Of a DNA stretch of 55,536 nucleotides, positions 1 through 7,407 are shown in pieces (the stretch's first letter is position 1; every line of letters begins with the position of its first letter). A program made the position numbers and the translations under genes. The DNA is taken from the IMG/VR virus record IMGVR_UViG_3300015195_000001, positions 1 through 55,536 of that record; one strand, written 5' to 3'. This DNA comes from a virus. A model generated the notes under the pieces. The model saw only the letters and a program-made list of their open reading frames with translations, was not told where the DNA came from and made no database searches.

Positions 1-127
1 ATTCGTACCATACGCCTGAGTCGTCATTCCAAGAACAAGCGTCCGCGATTTCATCCGCTCCATACTTGGAGATGTCGCCATCGGTCGCGTAGTCCATTGC
101 CCACCACCACAGAAGGTGCAGGTGGCC
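1..127. repeat. 127-bp terminal direct repeat, identical to 55410..55536 (circular-contig overlap)
   Basis: Base-by-base comparison shows that the first 127 nt equal the last 127 nt. The unique genome length is therefore 55409 bp. Confidence 0.97.
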
Positions 128-220
128 GATGACTGTTGGAATAGATATGCCCAGTGTCCTCGCCAAACGTTTTGTCTTCGGATGGTTGGCGAGGCTCTGG
201 TAACTCTCGATCCACGCCAC
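1..220 (-). CDS. Replisome organizer / replication initiator, N-terminal part; the gene wraps the window junction and continues at 55409->54772
   Basis: A GTG at 220 is in frame with the ATG at 97 (=55506). It translates as VAWIESYQSLANHPKTKRLARTLGISIPTVIGHLHLLWWWAMDYATDGDI, a typical phage replisome-organizer N-terminal wHTH. The reconstructed CDS is 858 nt (285 aa). Confidence 0.7.
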   Translation of the reverse strand, partial: MAWIESYQSLANHPKTKRLARTLGISIPTVIGHLHLLWWWAMDYATDGDISKYGADEIADACSWNDDSGVWYE

Positions 221-224
221 AGAC

Positions 225-917
225 TTACACCGGCACTTGCGAGCTGCCATTCAGCGCGGTTATGAAGTCCGACGCCTGCCTCTTGCTGATCTCCGCTGGC
301 TTCGTGCCGAAGAGTGCCTCGCACTTTTCGTTGATCTCGTTCTCATTAAGGTTGTGGCGATCGCGACCAATCGCGTAGATGGCGCGGACCTGGGGCGGCG
401 TCGCCAGGATGGCGGCCGGTTCTGTCGGAGGCGGCTTGGTCGGTGCTTGTACGACCTCACGAATAGCCGCGGCGCGGCCGTTGTCATTGGTTGGTTCGGC
501 CTCGTGCGGTGTCGTCTGCTGGCGACGGGGTGCTGGCGCCGGCGTCTCGTCGTCACCCGCGAACGTCTCCCCCAGTTCTTCGAGGGCTGCCATGCCGACA
601 TTGACCGCATCGCGCAGCGCCCGCGCCTTTGCCCGCGTCTCGGCCAGCCTCAGCGTGACCGTGAGCATGGCCCGACTGACGTTCGACGGATTCGCCTCGG
701 CGTAGCCGGTGAACGTGCCGCGCTTGGTGTGTACAGTCGCTTTGAAGATGTACGTCAAACCGTTATCGTCGTTGGCGATCTGGACTAGTTGCGTTTCGCA
801 GACGTCGAGGCCGTCCTGGTGAGCGAGATCGAGCAGCCCCGCGTAAAGGACGAAAGATCGCCCCTGGCGCTCGACGATAAAGCGGCGATCGACCCTAACC
901 TGTGTATCCTCAGTCAT
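225..917 (-). CDS. Possible ssDNA-annealing/recombination protein (ERF/Rad52-like motif); otherwise hypothetical
   Basis: ATG at 917 with an AGGAG RBS. The motif LRLAETRAKARALRDAVNVGM after a beta-rich N-terminus resembles SSAP cores. The ORF-track start at 989 was rejected because of the ATGA coupling at 914-917. Confidence 0.35.
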   Translation of the reverse strand: MTEDTQVRVDRRFIVERQGRSFVLYAGLLDLAHQDGLDVCETQLVQIANDDNGLTYIFKATVHTKRGTFTGYAEANPSNVSRAMLTVTLRLAETRAKARALRDAVNVGMAALEELGETFAGDDETPAPAPRRQQTTPHEAEPTNDNGRAAAIREVVQAPTKPPPTEPAAILATPPQVRAIYAIGRDRHNLNENEINEKCEALFGTKPAEISKRQASDFITALNGSSQVPV

Positions 918-1066
918 GTCCCTTCTCCTGTTATTTCCCGAATCATTTCTCGCGTCCTGCGCCAGTAGCCGACGATGAGTTGCAGCCACCCCGCTCGAGG
1001 CGCCCGGAGCGGCGTGAGTGGACCGAAGACGATCGTCGTCTGGTAGGGCGTTTCTGGCGTTCTCAT
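914..1066 (-). CDS. Hypothetical small protein (50 aa)
   Basis: Fills the gap exactly, with ATGA start/stop overlaps at both ends (1063-1066 and 914-917). Below the 60-aa cutoff of the ORF track. Confidence 0.45.
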   Translation of the reverse strand: MRTPETPYQTTIVFGPLTPLRAPRAGWLQLIVGYWRRTREMIREITGEGT

Positions 1067-1590
1067 CGCTCCTCCGCCTTTCGCGCTGCTTCGTACGCTC
1101 TCAACTCATCCGGCGGCAGGTCCCCAATCGGCGTTGGTGTCCTGTCCCCGTTGCGCCGCCAAACGTCCTCGATCTCAGCGCGGCTCATCGTCCGCCAGCC
1201 GTCCATGACCGTGTACAGCGGACGGCGAGGATAGGTCGGGTCGAGAGTCTTGCGTAATTCCGACTGTCCCCAAAACATCGCGTCGCATAACTCCTGAGCG
1301 TCGCGGCGTGCATCGGGTTTGCGACCGGCGTTCTTCTCCGCGATCTCGGCCACCGAACGCCGATAGAGTTGGCTGACCATCGCCGGCCACTCGCCCATCC
1401 GAGCGTGTTGCCCGGCCTCGGTATCTGTCAGATCGGGCAACGGGTCGGGCGTACGTGACTGGTGGTGCAATGTCGCGATCTGTCGCGCCACATCGAGCGA
1501 CTGTCCGCGATCACGGGCGGCCGGATCGTTGCCGAGATGGCCGGAGCGGTCGAGGTCGTCGTACAGTTCGCCATAACCGGAGGCGGTCAT
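1063..1590 (-). CDS. Hypothetical protein
   Basis: 175-aa ORF in the early operon, coupled to its neighbours by overlaps. Confidence 0.6.
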   Translation of the reverse strand: MTASGYGELYDDLDRSGHLGNDPAARDRGQSLDVARQIATLHHQSRTPDPLPDLTDTEAGQHARMGEWPAMVSQLYRRSVAEIAEKNAGRKPDARRDAQELCDAMFWGQSELRKTLDPTYPRRPLYTVMDGWRTMSRAEIEDVWRRNGDRTPTPIGDLPPDELRAYEAARKAEER

Positions 1591-1820
1591 CGGCCCAATT
1601 CCTTGCGCCGATTCACGAACAAGTACTTGAGGTTCGCGCGATTTTGGTCGGCGTAGTCTCGCTCCCAGGTCCAGAGACTGCGGTACGTGGCATCACGCCG
1701 CTTTCGATGCATGTGCATCTCTTTCCACTGCTGGCAAATATCCGCCTCTATTTCCCGGAGCTCGGTGAGCGAAGTGGTGACGTTACTCAATGCCGGCCTC
1801 CACGGCGCGGACGGCAACAT
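1587..1820 (-). CDS. Hypothetical protein (start uncertain; alternative TTG at 1790)
   Basis: The ORF overlaps its upstream gene. A TTG at 1790 would give an 8-nt overlap with the TAA at 1783-1785. Confidence 0.45.
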   Translation of the reverse strand: MLPSAPWRPALSNVTTSLTELREIEADICQQWKEMHMHRKRRDATYRSLWTWERDYADQNRANLKYLFVNRRKELGR

Positions 1821-1968
1821 CGGTCGCTTCCATCAGGCAGTCGCAACACAGATAGCTGGGAACGTCAAACACGAGCTTGAGGGCGAAGACGTCCTCTTTG
1901 CCCTCACATCGTTGGCACTTCTGGCCCTCGGGCGCCTCCGTGACCCAGGACGGAGCGAGGCTGCTCAT
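1783..1968 (-). CDS. Small Zn-ribbon protein (61 aa)
   Basis: ATGA coupling at 1965-1968. Contains the cysteine pairs CQRC...CCDC. Confidence 0.55.
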   Translation of the reverse strand: MSSLAPSWVTEAPEGQKCQRCEGKEDVFALKLVFDVPSYLCCDCLMEATDVAVRAVEAGIE

Positions 1969-2282
1969 CGCTTCGCCTCCGTTACCGCGATCGCTCGGTC
2001 GAGCAACGCGATCACCTGCGCGTGCGTGCGGCCCGGCTTGTCCTGCCACTCAATAAAATCTCTGCCCAATACGCAGCGTTCGAGGATCCGCGCAACCTCA
2101 CTGCGCAGCTCTCGGGGCGCTTCCATCCTCACGGCGCTATCGAGGCACCAGGACACTGCGTCACCGTTGTTGTAGTGGCGCACTCGCCCTTGGGCATCAC
2201 GCGCGGCGCAGTTCTGCGTCCACGTCGCGGGGGTTGCGATACGGGTCTTGACGCGGCTGAGAGCGTCGACGAGATCATTCAT
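1965..2282 (-). CDS. Hypothetical protein
   Basis: 105-aa ORF in the operon. Confidence 0.6.
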   Translation of the reverse strand: MNDLVDALSRVKTRIATPATWTQNCAARDAQGRVRHYNNGDAVSWCLDSAVRMEAPRELRSEVARILERCVLGRDFIEWQDKPGRTHAQVIALLDRAIAVTEAKR

Positions 2283-2499
2283 GGGTCCGCTCCATACCCG
2301 CGAGGTCTTCGAGCAGGTTCAGCGCCACCCGCAGAGCGGCGATGCCGTTGTTGTAGCTGGCCGTCGCGGATTCGGGCTCGTCGGCGACGAGGCGGAGGGA
2401 TTCGACAGCTTCGAGCGGGCCCTCGGTCTGGGGGCGGGTGTCGCGATGCTTGGATTGACGAAGGGGGATCGTTCGTGGGATACTGTTTCTAGTCATCAA
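2275..2499 (-). CDS. Hypothetical protein (probable ATG at 2496)
   Basis: 74-aa ORF with an AAAGGGAA RBS upstream. Confidence 0.5.
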   Translation of the reverse strand: MMTRNSIPRTIPLRQSKHRDTRPQTEGPLEAVESLRLVADEPESATASYNNGIAALRVALNLLEDLAGMERTHE

Positions 2500-2558
2500 T
2501 AGTTCCCTTTCTGGTTCCGCCGCCTTGGTGTTTTGACCACACCAGGGCGGTCGTTTTT
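2490..2558 (+). ncRNA. Candidate OOP-like antisense sRNA (about 65-70 nt)
   Basis: Plus-strand promoter-like TTGACG (2455-2460), an 18-nt spacer, and TGgGATACT (2476-2484). A plus-oriented intrinsic terminator follows: stem 2520-2531 / 2539-2550 with one mismatch, then TCGTTTTT. The RNA would be antisense to the RBS and start of the 2275..2499 gene. Confidence 0.3.
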
Positions 2559-2745
2559 ACGCCGCGTTTTTCAGTAAGCGAATCCGCCCGGCGTCCGGTC
2601 GCTCCGGTGGCGTGTTGAGTAACACGCAGACCCGGCGGGCCATCTTGGCCTCGTCCGGGTGTCCGAGATCGAGCAAGCGGCACTGAATTTCGATCAAGAT
2701 TTCCTCGACGAGAACCCGTCTCCGCGCTGCTAAGTCAACGATCAT
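2557..2745 (-). CDS. Hypothetical protein
   Basis: 62-aa ORF with a 4-nt overlap with the upstream gene. Confidence 0.5.
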   Translation of the reverse strand: MIVDLAARRRVLVEEILIEIQCRLLDLGHPDEAKMARRVCVLLNTPPERPDAGRIRLLKNAA

Positions 2746-2951
2746 TCCCTACCTCCTTTCGCAGCCCCAACCGCCGCTACTTCGATCTGCGATTCGACCG
2801 CGTCCGCCCAGGCCACCAGAGCACGCGCCAGCCGTAGCGTCGGCGTCGGTCGGGCCCCCTGGAGCACCCAACATTCGCCTCGACGAGCCGCGGCGACCAG
2901 GTCGGCCGGCGGTAGATTGTCGACGAAGATATGGATCGGGCGGTTAGGCAC
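2742..2951 (-). CDS. Hypothetical protein
   Basis: 69-aa ORF that overlaps the stop of the Cro-like gene. Confidence 0.5.
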   Translation of the reverse strand: MPNRPIHIFVDNLPPADLVAAARRGECWVLQGARPTPTLRLARALVAWADAVESQIEVAAVGAAKGGRE

Positions 2952-3201
2952 TCGTTGCTACCTGCTTTCCAGTCGTCACCGTAGATGTGCTGTTAGGCAC
3001 ATCGGAGAGCAAAAAAGACACTGCGAGCGCGTGTAAGTCAGGAAACGTCCGCATAGCAGCTAGAGCCACGGTTCGACGGACCGGCCGGAGTCCGGTCCTC
3101 GCGTGAATCCACGTGGGGCGGGACAGCTTTAGAAGGCTCGCAAACTCGGTATCTGACAACCCTAACTCCCTCTGCTTTTCGATCAATTGCTCTCGGAGCA
3201 T
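2944..3201 (-). CDS. Cro-like HTH transcriptional regulator
   Basis: HTH segment LGLSDTEFASLLKLSRPTWIHARTG. It is the first gene of the minus-strand early operon and is divergent from the CI-like repressor. Confidence 0.7.
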   Translation of the reverse strand: MLREQLIEKQRELGLSDTEFASLLKLSRPTWIHARTGLRPVRRTVALAAMRTFPDLHALAVSFLLSDVPNSTSTVTTGKQVATSA

Positions 3202-3321
3202 CTTGCCTCCCGCGAATGTTACGATAGTAACTCATAATGTTCTAAATGTCTATACCCCTCGCGAAATTCGTGGAAAGTCATTCGGCATCTACCTGTTGCG
3301 CCGCGTTACTATTGGAACAAT
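3202..3321. promoter_or_regulatory. Lysis-lysogeny switch region with GTTAC-N4-GTAAC operator-like sites
   Basis: AT-richer divergent intergenic region. It holds a perfect palindrome GTTACGATAGTAAC at 3218-3231 and an imperfect copy GTTACTATTGGAAC at 3305-3318. Confidence 0.55.
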
Positions 3322-4101
3322 ATGGAAAACAAGAGCGAAACGCTGGGGCAACTCTCGCGGCGACTGCGAAAGAAGAACGGGCTGACCCAAGGGCAGGTCG
3401 AAGAGTACGCCAAGATTGACCGCACCTGGTTATCGAAACTAGAGGCGGACAAATGGATAAAGCCAGACCATGACCGTTTGACTGTCCTGGCGCGTCTGTA
3501 TCGCGTGCCGCCGGAGACGCTTCTTGCCAGGGCTGGCTACCGTGTCACGCCGCTTCCCCTACCACCCGAGGCGACGCCCATCGAGCAAGTCCGGAGCTTA
3601 CTGGCGGCATTGGAGCGTGAGCCGACTGTCCGAGAGTTACGAAGCGGTGATATCGTTCAATTTCCGCTCGACGGTAAAATCCCGGCCGGCTATCCGAACG
3701 TCATCGAGGACGACCACGAACCCCTGATCGGTCTAACCCTGACTCCACAGCAACGCGACCGGCTCCGCCATGTCGCACGGCATCCTCGCGCGCTCATCGT
3801 CCAGGGTGATTCAATGGCGCCGAAGATTAAAGACGCGATGGTCGTTATCTACGACCCCGATCGGACTCACACGTCGGGCGATGTCGTCGTGGCGCTCGTC
3901 GACGGTGAGTCAACCCTCAAGCGCCTGATCATGACAGCGGACGCCACTATTCTTAAAGCGGATAATCCGAAGTATCCCGAGATCGTTATCCGTGACGAGT
4001 TGCGTGGCCTCATCCAGGGTGTCGTCGTCGCGCGCTATCCGATGCCGACTCTTGAGTTTATGGTGGCGACCCCGGCTCAGTCCGACAGCGATGACTTTTA
4101 G
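3322..4101 (+). CDS. CI/LexA-like repressor (XRE HTH + S24 autopeptidase)
   Basis: N-terminal HTH (LTQGQVEEYAKIDRTWLSKLE). C-terminal GDSMAP serine motif, with the downstream TLKRL lysine. Confidence 0.85.
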   Translation: MENKSETLGQLSRRLRKKNGLTQGQVEEYAKIDRTWLSKLEADKWIKPDHDRLTVLARLYRVPPETLLARAGYRVTPLPLPPEATPIEQVRSLLAALEREPTVRELRSGDIVQFPLDGKIPAGYPNVIEDDHEPLIGLTLTPQQRDRLRHVARHPRALIVQGDSMAPKIKDAMVVIYDPDRTHTSGDVVVALVDGESTLKRLIMTADATILKADNPKYPEIVIRDELRGLIQGVVVARYPMPTLEFMVATPAQSDSDDF

Positions 4102-5716
4102 GGTCGTTATCCTCGCCGCCGTCAGTTCCGCCGCTCAGCTTCACTCCGCCGACGGCGACGAAAAGGAGTCGATCCCCTACCAGATCCGTAAAGCGCGTGA
4201 AGTCATCGCGGCTCGCAGTTGGACCGAGGTCGCCGAGCCGCTGGTTATCCCGGGCCAGTCTCGGTCAATCAATTGGCTCCATGAGGCGCTAGAATCAATC
4301 CCTGCCTATCGCCAACTCCGCGAACTCGTTGACGCGGGGCAGGTCGATCTGGTCGTCGTCCGTAATTACGACCGTCTCGCCCGCACGTCGACGCTCCAAA
4401 CCCAGGTATCGGCGTACCTTAAAGAGCGGGGCGCCCAAATCTACGCGCTCGAAATGTCGGTCGAGCCACAGGACCCCGCGACCTGGCGCCCGCGTTCGGA
4501 TAGTACCCGCGTATGGGTCGAGGCGATTGCTGGGGCCCAATCAGAATCCTACGTAAATGCTCTATCGAATTTCCATCGTTTTGGCATGGAGGGGCGAACC
4601 CGCCGTGGCCAGCACGCCGAGGGCATCGCGCCGTATGGCTATCAGGACGTTCTCGCGGCGGATGGGTACGGGAAGATCCCGAAGAAGCGGGTACCAGACC
4701 CCGAGCGCTTCCCGGTCGCTCAAAGAATCTTCCGGATGATAGCCGGGGGGAAAACATCGGTTTACATTGCTCGTTGGCTTAACGGAGACGTTGACAACCC
4801 GGGGAATGTGCGTCCGCCGATCCCAACCCTCAAAGGTTCGATCTGGACGCCGCCGACGATTGTCCAGATGATCCGCAACCCGGTCTATGGCGGGAAGGTC
4901 GCGCGCTATCGCTTCAGTCGGACGCGCGACGGAAAGCAGCGAAAGAACGCGCGAGGTACTCCACCGATCCTGGTCGACGGTCTCCACGAGGCCGCGGTGA
5001 GTTGGGACGAGTGGCAGCGGGCCAACGCGATCCTGACCGAGCGCGCTCAGTTCGTCCCTCGCCTGCGCCGGCGCGATTATCTGTGGTCCGGTCTCGCCGT
5101 CTGCGGTCTGTGTCTCGACCGTGGAGAGGTCCACTCGATGCGTCGTTGCTACGACCACCAGGTGAGCCAGAGCGGCCACGTCCGCGAGTACAACTATCTC
5201 ATCTGCTCGCGCTACTCCACGAGTAACGGTAAGGTATGCGAGCGCAATATGATTACCGTTGCTGACTTCACGGCAAACGTCGTCGCTTGGCTCCAGGCCG
5301 CGCTCGACGACCCAAGGATGCTTGCCAGCACCGCGCTCGACGAAAGTTCGGATCCAAGAACAGCGATACTTGCCGACGTGGACCGAGCTCGCGCGTCTCT
5401 CGCCGCTTTGGCCGGCGAAGAACGGCGATGGGATGAGGCTTACCGCCAGGGGGCCATTTCACTCGATCGGTTCGGACGGGGCGTGTCGGAGCTTGGAGAG
5501 CGGCGGCAACGAGCCGAGCTCGACCTATCGACGCTGACATCTGTGCTCGCTGGCTCGACGTCCGCCGAGATACAGCGTGTTCGCCGGGTTGAGGCATTGG
5601 GTAACCTCCGCACGATGGAATTGGATGGCGCGTCGCCCGAGGTGGTTGCCCTGATCCACCAGGTGCTCGCCCAGGTCCAGATTCGGGGGCGAGAGTTGAA
5701 CTTCGTGGCGCGGTAG
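4091..5716 (+). CDS. int: Large serine recombinase (integrase)
   Basis: ATG at 4091 overlaps the repressor stop. Resolvase-type N-terminus (VILAAVSSAAQ, YDRLAR), a recombinase domain, a Cys-rich zinc ribbon (CGLC...C) and a coiled-coil tail. Confidence 0.85.
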   Translation: MTFRVVILAAVSSAAQLHSADGDEKESIPYQIRKAREVIAARSWTEVAEPLVIPGQSRSINWLHEALESIPAYRQLRELVDAGQVDLVVVRNYDRLARTSTLQTQVSAYLKERGAQIYALEMSVEPQDPATWRPRSDSTRVWVEAIAGAQSESYVNALSNFHRFGMEGRTRRGQHAEGIAPYGYQDVLAADGYGKIPKKRVPDPERFPVAQRIFRMIAGGKTSVYIARWLNGDVDNPGNVRPPIPTLKGSIWTPPTIVQMIRNPVYGGKVARYRFSRTRDGKQRKNARGTPPILVDGLHEAAVSWDEWQRANAILTERAQFVPRLRRRDYLWSGLAVCGLCLDRGEVHSMRRCYDHQVSQSGHVREYNYLICSRYSTSNGKVCERNMITVADFTANVVAWLQAALDDPRMLASTALDESSDPRTAILADVDRARASLAALAGEERRWDEAYRQGAISLDRFGRGVSELGERRQRAELDLSTLTSVLAGSTSAEIQRVRRVEALGNLRTMELDGASPEVVALIHQVLAQVQIRGRELNFVAR

Positions 5717-5850
5717 GGTTTCGCTGGCAATAAGAGAGGTAGCTTTCTAGGTGTCTATCTAATTGCATGTGGGAATAGGTTGAATAAAGCCGCCACGCGC
5801 AGTGAGACGGGCGTACGGCAGCGTTCGGGGGTTGAGGTTAGTGGTACAAC
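5717..5850. other. Candidate attP region (non-coding, AT-richer, next to int)
   Basis: No ORF. Lower GC than its flanks. Short dyads are present (GGTTG-N12-CAACC at about 5830-5851). Position relative to the serine integrase is the main argument. Confidence 0.25.
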
Positions 5851-6036
5851 CTAGGCCGGGGTGTCTAGCTCTGGCACTCGGTACTTCTTGCCGATTTCGA
5901 CACTCTCGTGCGGGATGCTGTAGCGATTAGCCATGCCCTGGCGTACGACCTCTGACATCGGTATACCGCGCTGTTTCGCTTCCGCAGTAATCGCGTCGGC
6001 CAGTCGTTCGGTAAAGTGAATCCAAATCCGCTTCAT
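5851..6036 (-). CDS. Ribbon-helix-helix (CopG/Arc-like) DNA-binding protein, orphan
   Basis: N-terminal beta-strand KRIWIHF followed by two helices (LADAITAEAKQRGIPMSEVVRQG). Strong GAGGAGGA RBS. Confidence 0.65.
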   Translation of the reverse strand: MKRIWIHFTERLADAITAEAKQRGIPMSEVVRQGMANRYSIPHESVEIGKKYRVPELDTPA

Positions 6037-6039
6037 TGC

Positions 6040-6062
6040 ATCCTCCTCGCCCGATTATATCA
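6040..6062 (-). promoter_or_regulatory. Extended -10 promoter for the RHH gene
   Basis: The minus strand reads TGATATAAT (TATAAT = complement of 6054-6059), with TTTACT about 15 nt upstream. Confidence 0.5.
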
Positions 6063-6083
6063 CATAGTGACCTAAGTAAACGA

Positions 6084-6137
6084 GTTTCGGATTCGTCGGT
6101 CGAAACACTTTACATCCTACTTACCTAGGTATAGAAT
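6084..6137 (+). promoter_or_regulatory. Near-consensus sigma70-type promoter of the accessory cassette, with operator-like palindromes
   Basis: TTTACA (6109-6114), a 17-nt spacer, TAGAAT (6132-6137). A perfect 10-bp palindrome TACCTAGGTA (6122-6131) lies inside the spacer. An inverted repeat GTTTCG-N11-CGAAAC (6084-6106) lies just upstream. Confidence 0.55.
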
Positions 6138-6196
6138 GGCTTTACAAGCTACCAAGTCAGACGGGACGTAGGACCCGCTGATACGGAGATCAACCA

Positions 6197-6382
6197 GTGC
6201 GCTACAACATCATCGTTTCAGACAACGACGGCAATCGCTGCGTCGGCCATCGCGGCAATCTAGAAGATGCGACTGAACTAGCCCACCTGTGGCTCACGAA
6301 ATATCAAGTCGTCTACGTGAAGCGCGAAGACTCGGTCAACCCGCTTCGCACACTCGTTCGTGAGGGGGGTTGGGACCGCTAA
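6197..6382 (+). CDS. Hypothetical small protein (61 aa), first gene of the cassette
   Basis: GTG start with a GGAGA RBS. TAATG coupling to the next gene. Confidence 0.5.
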   Translation: MRYNIIVSDNDGNRCVGHRGNLEDATELAHLWLTKYQVVYVKREDSVNPLRTLVREGGWDR

Positions 6383-7389
6383 TGCCAGACATCCAGACCA
6401 ACCACGTCGTCACGGTTAAACCGTCACTCGCCACGCGCATGCTCGATGTCCTTCTGGACGCCGACCAGCCGACCATGATCTGGGGCGCGCCCGGTATCGG
6501 CAAGAGCCAGCTCGTCAAACAGATCGCCGACCGCCGCGGGATGAAACTGATCGACGTTCGGCTATCCCTTCTCTCGGACGTCGATCTGCGCGGCATCCCG
6601 TACACCAACAACGGTCGGACCGAATGGGCACCGCCCGCGTTCCTGCCCCGCACGAACGGTGACACGATCCTATTCTTCGACGAGATGAACCGCGCGATGA
6701 CCTCGGTGATGAACGCAGCCTTTCAGATCGTCCTCGATCGCAAGCTCGGCGAGTATGAGCTACCTCCAAATGTCCGGATTGTCGCCGCTTGTAATAGAGA
6801 AACGGACGGCGGCGGGATCACCCGGATACCATCCGCTCTTCTGAATCGCTTCACCCGGATCGACATCGAGCCGGACCACAAGGACTGGCTGAAATGGTCT
6901 GCCGGCGCTCAGATCGATCCAATCGTCCAGGCGTTCATCCGATTCCGTCCGGATCTCTTGCACCAGTTCGACGCCAAGGCGGCAGCCTTCCCCACGCCTC
7001 GGGCCTGGGAGTTCGTGAGCAAGATCACGGCGCAGGACGCGCCACTCGATGTAAAAGCCGCTCTCTACGCCGGCACGGTCGGCAAGGCCGCGGGTATCGA
7101 ATACATCGCCTTCGAACGAGCCTGGCGCGATCTCCCGTCGATAGCGGCGATCCTCCTCCATCCCGATACTTCACCAATCCCGAGCGGGGTCGCGACGGTG
7201 TACGCGGTTTCCAACGCGCTCAGCCACGAAATGACCACGACTAATATCGACGCCGTCATGACCTATCTCGACAGGCTCCCCGCCGAGTACCAGGTTTTCG
7301 CCGTCAGTCTGGCGACGGGGCGCGACCCGTCCCTGGCGAATACCCGCCGCTTCATCACCTGGGCATCCGCCCACGCCGATCTATTTTAA
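6382..7389 (+). CDS. MoxR/CobS-like AAA+ ATPase (AAA_5 type)
   Basis: Walker A GAPGIGKS, Walker B ILFFDEMNRA, sensor-1 VAACN, and the ALLNRF arginine region. Confidence 0.85.
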   Translation: MPDIQTNHVVTVKPSLATRMLDVLLDADQPTMIWGAPGIGKSQLVKQIADRRGMKLIDVRLSLLSDVDLRGIPYTNNGRTEWAPPAFLPRTNGDTILFFDEMNRAMTSVMNAAFQIVLDRKLGEYELPPNVRIVAACNRETDGGGITRIPSALLNRFTRIDIEPDHKDWLKWSAGAQIDPIVQAFIRFRPDLLHQFDAKAAAFPTPRAWEFVSKITAQDAPLDVKAALYAGTVGKAAGIEYIAFERAWRDLPSIAAILLHPDTSPIPSGVATVYAVSNALSHEMTTTNIDAVMTYLDRLPAEYQVFAVSLATGRDPSLANTRRFITWASAHADLF

Positions 7390-7407
7390 GGACGAAAGGA
7401 CACGACA

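Noticed and set aside
1-127. Interpreting the 127-bp terminal repeat as genuine phage direct terminal repeats.
   Set aside because: The repeat falls in the middle of an essential coding sequence, the replisome organizer. Its length also matches a common assembler k-mer. A circular-assembly overlap is more parsimonious, though only read mapping can settle the question.
3992-4090. Upstream start (3992) for the integrase, and long upstream starts for several other ORF-track entries (989, 2049, 10128, 13873, 16251, 40268, 49031, 49556, 52047, 53224).
   Set aside because: These extensions overlap the preceding gene in another frame and lack an RBS. Internal ATG/GTG codons with an RBS or 1-4-nt stop/start coupling give compact, conventional operons.
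5851-6036. RHH protein as the antitoxin of a toxin-antitoxin pair.
   Set aside because: There is no co-oriented partner ORF on either side. Downstream of it lie only 134 nt of non-coding DNA and the convergent integrase gene. An autoregulator or cassette repressor role fits better.
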